Below, in pieces: positions 35,365 through 44,514 of a stretch of DNA of 64,000 nt (position 1 is its first letter; each line of letters starts with the position of its first letter). Under the pieces are notes generated by a model, which ran no database searches, was not told where the DNA came from, and saw nothing but the letters and a program-made list of their open reading frames with translations. A program made the position numbers and the translations under genes. The stretch covers positions 62,001-126,000 of the forward strand of contig NZ_JMCB01000014.1 of assembly GCF_000737315.1 (NCBI RefSeq), written 5' to 3'. The stretch comes from Hyalangium minutum (GTDB lineage: Bacteria; Myxococcota; Myxococcia; Myxococcales; Myxococcaceae).

Positions 35365-36234
35365 CTACACCCGGATGCCCAGCACGCGCAGGCTGTTGAG
35401 CACGCCGTTGTCGAAGGCCAGGTTGCTGTAGGCGCCCACGTCCAGGTTGAAGCCGGAGCCTTGGCCCGTCAGGTCACGGGAGATGCGCTCGCCCAGCGCA
35501 TCCACCGTCTTCTCCTCCAACTGCGAGTTGCCGTCGCCCGTGGTGGCCGCGTGGCCCAGCTCGTGCGCCAGCGTGTGGATCAGCGCGGGGCTGTTCGGAT
35601 CAGCGATCTCGATGGAGGTGCTGCCGTTGCCCCAGCGGGTGACGCCCTCGGTGCCGCCACCGCCGTCCGGGTTCAGGCCCGGGTTGACGGAGATGGAGTT
35701 CAGGCCGTTGGCCTTCGCCGCGGCCAGGAGCTTGGCCCCATCCGGGTGGCTGGCAATCTGCTGGAGCGCCTGGGCCAGCCGGGGATCCGACACCTGGATG
35801 CCCTGAACCGACGTCCCACCGCCCGCCGCGTTGGCCGCCGGAGCAGCCGGAGCCGCGCGCGAGGCGCCGCCGTCCAGTGAGGGCATGCCGCCACCGCCAC
35901 CACCACCGCCGCCGCCACCACCACCGCCGCCCGCTGCGGGCGTGAAGCTGTCACCACCACCACCACCGCCGCCACCGCCCACCGGGGACGCGCCCGAGGG
36001 ACCCGAGGAGCCCAGATCCTGGCCAGGAGGAATGATGCCCGCGCGCTTCAGCTGCTCCAGCAGCGCCGCGAGGATCTTCTCCAGCTCGGCCAGCGTGTCC
36101 TGAACCTTCTCGTCCTTCTTCGCATCCGCCGGCTGAACGCCGCCTGCCTTCGCATCTCCCGTGGGGGCCTGAACGCGCTGAGCCAGCGACTGAAGCAGGT
36201 TCGAGCCGAAGCGACCGGAGATGGGCGACACCAT
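35365..36234 (-). CDS. Gly-rich, Cys-free protein with C-terminal HExxH zinc-metalloprotease-like domain
   Basis: RBS GGAGAGGAG; TLAHELGHAAT and downstream EE; G9 and G15 runs; no Sec signal peptide. Confidence 0.8.
   Translation of the reverse strand: MVSPISGRFGSNLLQSLAQRVQAPTGDAKAGGVQPADAKKDEKVQDTLAELEKILAALLEQLKRAGIIPPGQDLGSSGPSGASPVGGGGGGGGGDSFTPAAGGGGGGGGGGGGGGGMPSLDGGASRAAPAAPAANAAGGGTSVQGIQVSDPRLAQALQQIASHPDGAKLLAAAKANGLNSISVNPGLNPDGGGGTEGVTRWGNGSTSIEIADPNSPALIHTLAHELGHAATTGDGNSQLEEKTVDALGERISRDLTGQGSGFNLDVGAYSNLAFDNGVLNSLRVLGIRV
35887..35979. repeat. (CCR)n triplet tracts encoding poly-Gly (G15 and G9)
   Basis: CCACCGCCACCACCACCGCCG... read directly; boundaries approximate. Confidence 0.85.
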
Positions 36235-36353
36235 GGGCGGCTCCTCTCCCGACGGGCATTGTCGGAGTGGATGGGGTTTGTGCCTACATTCTCGGCTGGT
36301 GTGGGGAAGAGTTGCCTACTGACTCCTAAAAAAAGAGAGTCCTCGGAGTTTCG

Positions 36354-36369
36354 AGCATTTACGGAGCCA
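36354..36369 (-). promoter_or_regulatory. Possible sigma-54 -24/-12 promoter for the HExxH gene
   Basis: Minus strand TGGCTCCGTAAATGCT (GG-N10-GC); overlaps the stop of the upstream methyltransferase; no adjacent enhancer palindrome seen. Confidence 0.35.
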
Positions 36370-37474
36370 GAGGCCCGGACAGCAGGAGCCGGCAGCGCAG
36401 ACCGCCGTTCCGCACACGCAGGCTTCGTGTCTCTCGCAGGCCCAGGTCGCGAATCAGCCCGTCTTCATCTGGGACGATCAGCGCCGCGCGCCAACCCTGG
36501 AACGCCTTCCTCAAGGTGGCGCCCAGCGCCCGGTACAGCTCCGGCAGCTCACCGCCCTGCCCGACGCGCTTTCCATACGGTGGGTTGGCGACCACCAGCC
36601 CCGGCCCCGCGACGGGCGGCTGGAGCGTCTTCACGTCCCGCCTCTCCAGGGCCAGCGTCAGCCCGGCCCTCCGCGCGTTGCGACGCGCCGTCCCGAGCGC
36701 CCCCGCGTTGATGTCGAAGCCGTGCAGCGAGGCGCGCGGAGCGGGCAGTGCCTCCGCCTTTGCCCGGGACTGGCGCTCCTTCCAGGCCGCCTTGTCGAAC
36801 GAGGGGAAGCGCTCGAAGGCGAAGGTCCGCTCCAGGCCCGGAGCCCGGCGCATGGACATCCACGCGCCCTCGATGAGGAACGTGCCCGAGCCACACATCG
36901 GGTCCACCAGCGGCTCCGCGCCGTCGTAGCCCGCGAGCTGGAGGATGCCCGCGGCGAGCGTCTCACGCATGGGCGCCCGGCCAATCTCCTGCCGGTAGCC
37001 GCGCCGGTGGAGCGGCTCTCCGCTGGTGTCCACGCTCACGGTGCACTCGGGACCGTCGAGGCGCAGGAGCACCGTGAGGCCCTGTGTCCCTTCCTCGTCC
37101 AGCGCCCCCGCCCGCCCCACGGTGGAGAGCCTCCAGGCCTTGGCCAGCGCAGTGGGCACCGCACTCCCTGGCACCTTCGAGCCATGGGCCGCCACGGAGA
37201 GGCTGGGCAACTCTTTCCCATCCCACACGTGGCTCAGGTCCAGCCGCGCGAGCTCGCGCGTGAGGGCGCCCACGTCCGGTGCGTGGAAGTGGCCCAGGCG
37301 CAGCAGCACCCGGCTGGCGGCGCGCAGGCGGAGGTTGGCTTCCTGGTGCAGACCGGCGTGCCCCTCCAGTTCCACTCCGCCTTCCACCCGCCGAGGCGTC
37401 CAGCCCAGCGCGGTGGCCTCCGCCTCGAGCGCGGACTCCAGGCCTGGGGGGGCCACGGCGAAGACCTGCTCCAT
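36359..37474 (-). CDS. THUMP-domain class I SAM-dependent RNA methyltransferase (RlmL/UPF0020-like)
   Basis: LHRRGYR, APMRETLAAGIL, DPMCGSGTFLIE, NPPYGKR. Confidence 0.9.
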   Translation of the reverse strand: MEQVFAVAPPGLESALEAEATALGWTPRRVEGGVELEGHAGLHQEANLRLRAASRVLLRLGHFHAPDVGALTRELARLDLSHVWDGKELPSLSVAAHGSKVPGSAVPTALAKAWRLSTVGRAGALDEEGTQGLTVLLRLDGPECTVSVDTSGEPLHRRGYRQEIGRAPMRETLAAGILQLAGYDGAEPLVDPMCGSGTFLIEGAWMSMRRAPGLERTFAFERFPSFDKAAWKERQSRAKAEALPAPRASLHGFDINAGALGTARRNARRAGLTLALERRDVKTLQPPVAGPGLVVANPPYGKRVGQGGELPELYRALGATLRKAFQGWRAALIVPDEDGLIRDLGLRETRSLRVRNGGLRCRLLLSGPLAP

Positions 37475-37573
37475 CTGGCGGATGCGCGTCACGGACGGAC
37501 CATTGTCCGCGCCTGGGGGTCGGCCGCAATCGTTATCGTCCATGGCGCCTCATTTGCGTTAAGGGAAGGGCGC

Positions 37574-38467
37574 ATGAGCTCCGCCGAGTCCCCCACCGTT
37601 ACCCTCCGCAAGAAGCCCCTGGAGTACGAAGTCACCGTCACCGAAGTGCGGCAGGAGACGCACGACACCGCCACCCTCTTCCTGGACTTCGGGGGCGCGG
37701 CTGTCGAGTACAAGGCCGGCCAGTTCATCAACATTGACCCGCACCAGTTCCCCGCGTTGCGCACGCTCGCCGCGTACCTGCAGGAGCAGAAGGGCCGCCG
37801 GGAGCTGTTCCGCTCGTACTCGATGTCCTCCGCGCCCCACGAGTCCCAGGTGGCCATCACCGTGAAGGACGAGGAGTTCATCCCCGGGATTACGAAGTAC
37901 CCAGCGCTCTTGGCACCCTACCTCATCCACGGCCGGCTCACGGGCGCGCGCATCAAGGTCCAGGGCTTCATGGGCCCCTACACCCTGCCGGACGACGTGC
38001 AGGAGCGCACCGACCACATCGTGCACATTGCCGCAGGCTCGGGCGGGGTGCCCAACTTCGCCATCCTCAAGGACGCGCTGCACCGGGGGCTGAAGCTGCG
38101 CCACACCGTGCTGTGCTCGAACAAGACGTGGGCGGACATGCTGTTCCGCGAGGAGCTGGCCAAGCTGGAGGCCGGGAATCCGGGCACCGTGCGCGTGCTG
38201 CACACGCTCACCCGCGAGACGGACGAGTCGCGGTTCAACGACAAGGTGCGCAAGGGCCGCATCAGCCAAGCCCTTCTGGAGGAGCTCATCCCGGACAAGC
38301 AGACGTGCCTCGTCTACGCGTGCGGCCCGGCCATCACCGCGTGGGATCGGCGCAAGGCCATGGAGACGCGCACCCCGGCCACGCCCCGCTTCATGGAGAC
38401 GGTGCTCGGCCACCTCCACACGCTCGGCGTGGACGACAAGCGCATCAAGCGCGAGACGTACGGCTGA
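37574..38467 (+). CDS. FAD/NAD(P)-binding oxidoreductase (ferredoxin reductase family)
   Basis: RSYSMSS, AAGSGGVP, YACGP. Confidence 0.88.
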   Translation: MSSAESPTVTLRKKPLEYEVTVTEVRQETHDTATLFLDFGGAAVEYKAGQFINIDPHQFPALRTLAAYLQEQKGRRELFRSYSMSSAPHESQVAITVKDEEFIPGITKYPALLAPYLIHGRLTGARIKVQGFMGPYTLPDDVQERTDHIVHIAAGSGGVPNFAILKDALHRGLKLRHTVLCSNKTWADMLFREELAKLEAGNPGTVRVLHTLTRETDESRFNDKVRKGRISQALLEELIPDKQTCLVYACGPAITAWDRRKAMETRTPATPRFMETVLGHLHTLGVDDKRIKRETYG

Positions 38468-38750
38468 TTCCCCGCTGGGACCGATACAGAATTCTTGGAA
38501 TGCCGCGCTGAAGCGATGCTGGAGGTGGTTCCAGCGATCGCTATACCTCTTTGGGGGTATGGCCGGCGTTGATCGCGCGGCGATAGATGGCACTGGCCGG
38601 CACGGAGCCGGTGCGAGCAAAGCCGCTGCACTCAAGAAGCGCTGAAACCACCTCCCGTACGGGAGTGCACAGAACTCCTGCCCCGGCGGGCAGGGGAGGC
38701 CCATGCCGGGCCCGCTTATGGTGCGGAAGAAGCCACCTGAAGGGGGACCC

Positions 38751-39488
38751 ATGGTGAGGGCTGCAAGATGCGAAGCGTTCTCGCTGTGGCTGGGAACGTG
38801 CCTGGTGTTGCTGAGCGGGTGCGGGACCAGCCGGAGCGCCGAGCTTCGGAGCTGGTCATTGAATGGAGTGCCTCCGGAGAAACAGGAGGCCGTGCGCCAG
38901 GCCGAGAAGGAGCGGCAGCAGCTCTCGGCGAAGAAGGACCGGGCACACGGCGCCCTCCAGGAGACGAAGCGGGAGCTGGACCTCGCCCATCGCGAAGTGG
39001 AGGCCGCGGAGCTTCGCAAAGACGCTCAGGAGAAGCTCCTGGAGGCCGAGAAGCTCACGGGCCAGCCGGCCAGCGTCCAGCAGGTAGAGGCCCAGCTTCG
39101 GGCGGCGGACAGGGCGCTCGAGGTGGCCCAGGCCCGGGTGCGCTGGCGCCAGGTGAAGGTGGACGCGGCGGTGGCGCTGCGGGAGTGCCACGACAAGGAG
39201 CTCCAGCACGCGGACGCCGAGCTGGACTACGCCCGCTACCGAGTCCTGAAAGAGAGCGGGGACACCCGGGTCCACGCGTACACGGACGAGGAGTTCGTGT
39301 CGAAATCCTCGGACGCGAAGAGCGAGGCCGATGACGCCTGCCGCGAGTCCGCCGCCAGGACGAAGGACGAGCGAGAGGCGCTCGCGCAGTGGGAGGAGCT
39401 TCGCGGCCCCCTCCAGGCGCGCGGAGGGCTCGTGAGCCCTCCGGTGGGTGCTTCAGGAACACCCCAGCTGCGCGGCCCAGCGCGTTAG
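38751..39488 (+). CDS. Coiled-coil lipoprotein, hypothetical
   Basis: RBS GAAGGGGG; lipobox LSGC; long E/A/K/R-rich helical region. Confidence 0.75.
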   Translation: MVRAARCEAFSLWLGTCLVLLSGCGTSRSAELRSWSLNGVPPEKQEAVRQAEKERQQLSAKKDRAHGALQETKRELDLAHREVEAAELRKDAQEKLLEAEKLTGQPASVQQVEAQLRAADRALEVAQARVRWRQVKVDAAVALRECHDKELQHADAELDYARYRVLKESGDTRVHAYTDEEFVSKSSDAKSEADDACRESAARTKDEREALAQWEELRGPLQARGGLVSPPVGASGTPQLRGPAR

Positions 39489-41005
39489 CGCAGGAACCAC
39501 TTCTGGTTGGCGGTACCGCCGCACTCCCAGGTCTGCAGGCGGGCGCCGCTGTTCCCGTTCCACTCCTTGATGTCCACGCACTTGTTGGCCTGCGGGTTCA
39601 CGAGGTCACCCGCGCCGCTCAGCACGAACTTCTGGGCCGGGTTGCCATTGCAGGCGACGAGCTGAATCACGGCGCCGTTGGCCGTCGAGCCCCAGGCCAC
39701 GTCCATGCACTTGCCGAGCGCCCGGAGGGTGCCGTCCGAGTAGAACGTCCAGCTCTGCGCGCCGGTGCCATTGCAGTCCCACATCTGCAGCGGAGTGCCA
39801 TCTGTGGTGTTCGAGTTGGGAATGTCGATGCACTTGCCATTCCAGTTCGAGACGATGGCGCGGCCAGTGGGGGCAGGAGCGGAGGTGGTGAGTGTGAGGC
39901 CGTAGGCGGAGAGGAGAGGCCGGAGCGGCTGGAAGAACGTCGTGCCGCCCGTGGTGCAGTTGCCCGAGCCGCCCGAGGTGACGCCCTGGGCCTGATCACC
40001 GGAGAGCCAGGAACCGCCGGAGTCGCCGCCCTCGCAGCAGGCGTTCGTCTGGGTCATGCCATAGACGGCGCCCTGGGCGTAGTTGACGGTGACGTTCTTG
40101 GCCTGGATGACGCCGCAGCGCCAGCCGGTGGTGGAGCCCGAGCGGCAGATGGATGCGCCAATGGCGGCCTCGTTCGAGCCGGCCACGTTGGCCACGCCGC
40201 CCGCGTAGTTGTTCACCCAAGGCAGCGAGGCCCAGGAGCCGTTGACCTGCACCCAGCCGATGTCATTGCCGGGGAAGGTCGAGCCGCGCACGGTCCCCTG
40301 AGCCGCTCCGTTGGAACCCGAGGTGGTGGTGCCCACGCCGCCGCAGTGGCCCGCGGTGACGAAACCGCCGTTGACGGAGAAGCCGATCGAACAGCGCGCG
40401 TTGCCCGGGTAGTAGGCATCACCGCCGCGCAGATCGTACATCGTGCGGGGCTCCTCCTTCGAAGGCACCACGCGAACCGAGCCGTCCTCCGTGCCGAGGC
40501 CCGCGAGGAAGGACTTGGCGCTCCACAGGGCGAAGTCCTGGGCCGTGACGACGACGGTGTTGGTGGTGACGTCGACGTACCAGGTGTGGACGGACCGGCC
40601 GGCAAACCGGGCATTGCGGTCCAGCTCCGCCTTCACCTTCTCCAGCTGCTTCTCACTGCGAGCCACCAGCCGGGGCTCGGCGCCAGCGCGGCGGACGGCG
40701 TCGGCCTGGGCCGCGTCGGTGATACCGACGATGAGCTTGCTGCCGTCCTCGTTCAACCAGGCGCCGCCGAAGGCGTCGCCCAGGTCATCGCGCAGCGAGT
40801 GCTCGAGGCGCGCGGCCAGCGCCTCCGTGACCAGTCGGCGCTCGGCCTGCTCCGGGGTGAGGCGGAGGTCACGCTGCATCGCGGAGAGAACCTGCGGCGA
40901 GGCGGCCGGCAGGGCCACGGCCTCGGGCTCGGCGGCCACGGCAGTGGTGGGGACGGCGGACAGACCGGCGAACAGCGCCGTCAGGGCGGTGAGCTTGTTG
41001 ATCAT
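39485..41005 (-). CDS. Alpha-lytic/streptogrisin-type S1 protease with pro-domain and C-terminal ricin-B lectin domain
   Basis: Sec signal; TAGHC, NDIG, GDSGGS triad; QxW/GxC repeats. Confidence 0.93.
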   Translation of the reverse strand: MINKLTALTALFAGLSAVPTTAVAAEPEAVALPAASPQVLSAMQRDLRLTPEQAERRLVTEALAARLEHSLRDDLGDAFGGAWLNEDGSKLIVGITDAAQADAVRRAGAEPRLVARSEKQLEKVKAELDRNARFAGRSVHTWYVDVTTNTVVVTAQDFALWSAKSFLAGLGTEDGSVRVVPSKEEPRTMYDLRGGDAYYPGNARCSIGFSVNGGFVTAGHCGGVGTTTSGSNGAAQGTVRGSTFPGNDIGWVQVNGSWASLPWVNNYAGGVANVAGSNEAAIGASICRSGSTTGWRCGVIQAKNVTVNYAQGAVYGMTQTNACCEGGDSGGSWLSGDQAQGVTSGGSGNCTTGGTTFFQPLRPLLSAYGLTLTTSAPAPTGRAIVSNWNGKCIDIPNSNTTDGTPLQMWDCNGTGAQSWTFYSDGTLRALGKCMDVAWGSTANGAVIQLVACNGNPAQKFVLSGAGDLVNPQANKCVDIKEWNGNSGARLQTWECGGTANQKWFLR

Positions 41006-41043
41006 GAGGGGTTCCTCGGGGTGAGTTGTGGACCGCCGCCCCA

Positions 41044-41059
41044 AGCAGAAGGCGTGCCA
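41044..41059 (-). promoter_or_regulatory. Sigma-54 -24/-12 promoter of the S1 protease
   Basis: Minus strand TGGCACGCCTTCTGCT, 38 nt upstream of ATG 41005. Confidence 0.75.
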
Positions 41060-41138
41060 GCCTATCACGAGAAAGCGCTTTCACTCGAAAGGCGGTTTTT
41101 TCCGGAAGGCCTCTAGGATTGCCCACACCCGGTTTCCT

Positions 41139-41154
41139 GGTGACTCGTGTCACC
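41139..41154. promoter_or_regulatory. Perfect palindrome GGTGAC-N4-GTCACC (candidate enhancer/operator)
   Basis: GGTGAC tcgt GTCACC. Confidence 0.75.
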
Positions 41155-41164
41155 GCCAGAGACT

Positions 41165-41184
41165 GGGAAACCGCGCGGTTTCCC
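41165..41184. promoter_or_regulatory. Perfect 20-bp palindrome GGGAAACCGCGCGGTTTCCC
   Basis: Self-complementary sequence lying between the GGTGAC sites. Confidence 0.55.
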
Positions 41185-41200
41185 TCTGAGGGGCTCACAT

Positions 41201-41236
41201 GGTGACTGCCGACACCATTTGGTGACTGCTGTCACC
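41201..41236. promoter_or_regulatory. Tandem pair of GGTGAC-N4-G(A/T)CACC sites, 20-bp period
   Basis: GGTGAC tgcc GACACC (41201-41216) and GGTGAC tgct GTCACC (41221-41236). Confidence 0.75.
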
Positions 41237-41331
41237 AGTTGCTTCGGTGTGTGCCCCCGGTGGACAGGCGCGGGAATGGCATTCCCGGAGGCGTCACGGT
41301 CCCAACAGAAAACATGAAGACCGTGCCGGGC

Positions 41332-41347
41332 TGGTCCTGATGTTGCT
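41332..41347 (+). promoter_or_regulatory. Sigma-54 -24/-12 promoter of the GH30 gene
   Basis: TGGTCCTGATGTTGCT (GG-N10-GC, TTGC at -12), 74 nt upstream of ATG 41422. Confidence 0.65.
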
Positions 41348-41421
41348 TCACGCCGCGCGCGCCCGGACGAGCCTCACCGTATCCGGGCGTGGCTTTCCTC
41401 CCCATCCTTCAGGAACTGCGT

Positions 41422-43302
41422 ATGCCCATGAATCCCTTCCAGCGCCGGAGCCCGTGGAGCGGCCTCGCGGTCGCGGGGCTCCTCTGTGCCCTCTCCCCTT
41501 CCCTCGCGAGCGCCGCCAGCGAGTCCGTCCAGGTCTGGCTGACGAGCACCTCGAACAATGCCCTCTCCAAGCGGCTCAGCACCGAGCCGTCGAAGAACTT
41601 CGGGCCGGAGAGCGGCACGGCCACGGTGATCGACATCAACGAGGCCACCACCTACCAGACCATCGACGGCTTCGGCGGTGCACTCACCGATTCGTCCGCG
41701 TGGCTCATCTACAACTCGCCCCAGCGCAGCGCGATCCTCAATGACTTGTTCAGCGTCGGTGAGGGCGCCGGGTTCAACCTGGTTCGGCTGCCCATGGGCG
41801 CGTCGGACTTCGCGCGGAACAACTACACCTATGACGACACCTGCTGCGATCTGAATGACTTCTCGGTAGGCCACGACGCGGCCTACATCATCCCGTTGCT
41901 GCAGCAGGCGCGGCAGCTCAACCCCGAGGTGAAGATCCTCGCGGTGCCGTGGAGCGCTCCCGGGTGGATGAAGTTCAACAACTCGCTGACGGGGGGCGGG
42001 TACCTGCGCAATGACTTGTATGGCCTGTATGCCAATTACTTCGTGCGCTTCGCCCAAGCCTACAACAGCTACGGCCTGCCGATTCACGCCTTCAGCATCC
42101 AGAACGAGCCGCACAACGGTAACAGCACGTATCCGACGATGCAGATGGAGTCGAGCGACCAGTCGAACTTCGCGGCCCAGCACCTGCGGCCCGCGCTGAA
42201 CAACGCGGGGTTCGGCTCGGTGAAGCTCCTCGCGTGGGACCACAACTGGTACGACCACGGCGGCCCCGCGGGCTTCCCCTACGAGGTGATGAGCTACAAC
42301 AACAGCCAGGCGCGAGCGGCGGTCGCGGGCGTGGCCTACCACTGCTACGAGAGCCCCGAGGGCAGCTACACCGTCCAGAACGACTTCCACAACGCCTATC
42401 CGGACAAGGAGATCCACTTCACCGAGTGCACCGGCGGCACCTGGGCGACGAACCAGGCAGCGAACCTCGAGTGGGAGCTGCAGAACAACGTCATCGGGCC
42501 GCTGCGCAACTGGGCGCGAAGCTCGCTGTACTGGAACATCGCGCTGGACCCCAACAGTGGCCCCTACGTCGGAGGCTGCACCAACTGCCGCGGCATGCTC
42601 ACCGTGAACAACGGCGCGGGCACCTACACCAAGAACGAGGACTATTACGCGTGGGCACACCTGGCGAAGGTGGTGCGGGCCGGCGCGGTGCGTATCGCCT
42701 CGACGAGCCAGGCCAACGGGGGCATCCAGACCGTCGCTTTCAAGAACCCGGACGGCTCACTGGCGCTGATCGCCCTGAACTCCCACGACACCAGCACCCT
42801 CACCTTCAAGGTGCGCTGGGCCGGGCAGTCCTTCGACTACTCGCTCCCGCCGAGGTCTGTGGCGTCGTTCAAGTGGGGAGGCACCTACCGCCTCGTGAAC
42901 AAGGCCACGAACCGGTGCGTGGACATCGCCGGGCCGAGCACCGCCGACGGCGCCGCCATCCACCAGTGGGCCTGCCACACCAGCGCCAGCCAGCAGTGGC
43001 ACCTGGTGCCGACGGACAGCGGCTACTACCGGCTCGTCTCGCGCTACAGCGGAAAGGGGCTCGACATCGCCAGCCAGAGCACCGCCGACGGCGCCACCCT
43101 CCAGCAGTGGACCTCCTTCGGTGGCTACAACCAGCAGTTCAAGCCCGTCTCGCTCGGCAGTGGCTGGTACCGGTTCGAGGCGCGCCACAGCGGCAAGGTG
43201 CTCGACGTGGCCAACTGCTGGAGCAGCGGTGACGGCGCCAAGGTCCAGCAGTGGACCTGGTCCAACAACGACTGCCAGCAGTTCCGGCTTGAGCCGATGT
43301 AG
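41422..43302 (+). CDS. GH30 glycoside hydrolase (endo-beta-1,6-glucanase-like) with ricin-B lectin domain
   Basis: Signal peptide; GFGGALTDSSA, MGASDF, IQNEP acid/base, HFTECTGG nucleophile, WNIALD; QQW repeats. Confidence 0.92.
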   Translation: MPMNPFQRRSPWSGLAVAGLLCALSPSLASAASESVQVWLTSTSNNALSKRLSTEPSKNFGPESGTATVIDINEATTYQTIDGFGGALTDSSAWLIYNSPQRSAILNDLFSVGEGAGFNLVRLPMGASDFARNNYTYDDTCCDLNDFSVGHDAAYIIPLLQQARQLNPEVKILAVPWSAPGWMKFNNSLTGGGYLRNDLYGLYANYFVRFAQAYNSYGLPIHAFSIQNEPHNGNSTYPTMQMESSDQSNFAAQHLRPALNNAGFGSVKLLAWDHNWYDHGGPAGFPYEVMSYNNSQARAAVAGVAYHCYESPEGSYTVQNDFHNAYPDKEIHFTECTGGTWATNQAANLEWELQNNVIGPLRNWARSSLYWNIALDPNSGPYVGGCTNCRGMLTVNNGAGTYTKNEDYYAWAHLAKVVRAGAVRIASTSQANGGIQTVAFKNPDGSLALIALNSHDTSTLTFKVRWAGQSFDYSLPPRSVASFKWGGTYRLVNKATNRCVDIAGPSTADGAAIHQWACHTSASQQWHLVPTDSGYYRLVSRYSGKGLDIASQSTADGATLQQWTSFGGYNQQFKPVSLGSGWYRFEARHSGKVLDVANCWSSGDGAKVQQWTWSNNDCQQFRLEPM

Positions 43303-43317
43303 AGAGTGAGCCGCAGT

Positions 43318-44451
43318 TCAGGCCAGGGCAGCCACGTTCACCACCTGCTGGAACCGCGAGGCATGGGCTTGAAGAGCCTGCCTCGCCGCATCGCTCAGGC
43401 CGAAGACGATCACCCGATGGCCTGTCAGGGCCGCATTCAACAGCAGCTCGAAGACGTTTCCATCCGCCGGAGAGAGGCTCTCTCCCTGAAGAACGCCAAT
43501 GGCGTCCGGATCCCAGCGCAGCGCGGACCGAAGCGCCTCTGGCAGCTCGGCGGTGGGCTGCGCCAGCACCTGGTAGTTCGTGTCCTTCATCCGCTGCTGG
43601 ACCCGCTCGATGAGGTCCTTGGGCATGCTGAAGAGCCCGAACCACTGCTTGACCTCGGGGAACCACGCAAGCAGGGGATCAGGCGGGTGCAGCGCATCGC
43701 GGATGCGCTGGAAGCGGGCGGGATCTCCGCCGTCGCCGTCGAACGAGATCCAGCGAGCACAGACCTCCCCCAGGTGGTTGCGATCCTCATCCGCCTCGCG
43801 GAGGAATCGCTCCAACTCTTCCTCCGTGGCACCCGCTCGCCACAGCCCCCGGACGACGGCGCCTCGGACATTCAGGAAGTCGAAGGTGCCGAAGTCCTCC
43901 ATCCGGATGTCGAGGTGTGCACCGCGCTCGGAGAGCCCCACGGCCACGCCGGGGTAGCGTACCGGCCCCTCCGTGGGCGCCAGCACCGAGCGCGGAGGAG
44001 GCCACTGAGGCACGAGGGTGAACGGGTCGGCCTCGGCGTCCCAGCGCGCGGCCACCGCCAAGCCGAATCCCACCCGCCGCAGGGGACGCTCCCACAGCAG
44101 CGCATCGAGGTAGCGAGGCAAGGCACCCGGGTCTCCGTTGCAGCGCTCGACCTGATGGAAGGTGTCCAACAGAATGGAGGCCATGTCCGGATCCAACCCG
44201 GCGTGAGCACGGGTCAGGGCCGCGAGCACACGATGCTCCCCATGCTGGGTGTAGCCGTTGCTCACCCAGCCAGAGATGCCATTGCGGTACACCTCGTTGT
44301 TGCACCACGCGTAGAGCAACGCCACCACCCCGGGGCTGAGGGCCCCCACCTCCTTCCAGCGGGTGATGTCGAAGTCGACCTTCTGGAGCGCATCCGCCGT
44401 GGCCTGCGAGAGGTTCTCGACTTCATCTTCGGTCATGAGGGGGGACGACAC
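43318..44451 (-). CDS. Hypothetical mosaic protein (DUF4375/DMP19-like N-terminus)
   Basis: GTG after GGAG; NEVYRNGISGWVSNG resembles the DUF4375 EVxNGG motif; coding-like GC3. Confidence 0.65.
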   Translation of the reverse strand: MSSPLMTEDEVENLSQATADALQKVDFDITRWKEVGALSPGVVALLYAWCNNEVYRNGISGWVSNGYTQHGEHRVLAALTRAHAGLDPDMASILLDTFHQVERCNGDPGALPRYLDALLWERPLRRVGFGLAVAARWDAEADPFTLVPQWPPPRSVLAPTEGPVRYPGVAVGLSERGAHLDIRMEDFGTFDFLNVRGAVVRGLWRAGATEEELERFLREADEDRNHLGEVCARWISFDGDGGDPARFQRIRDALHPPDPLLAWFPEVKQWFGLFSMPKDLIERVQQRMKDTNYQVLAQPTAELPEALRSALRWDPDAIGVLQGESLSPADGNVFELLLNAALTGHRVIVFGLSDAARQALQAHASRFQQVVNVAALA

Positions 44452-44514
44452 GTGAGGCTCCAGGGCCAGAGAAGGTCGCGAAGATGCCCTGAGAGCCTCA
44501 TGCCTTCAACCGGC

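Noticed and set aside
41139-41236. Repeated palindromes as a mini-CRISPR array
   Set aside because: Units are only 16 bp, spacing is 4 and 46 bp, and there are no cas genes; they fit protein-binding sites.
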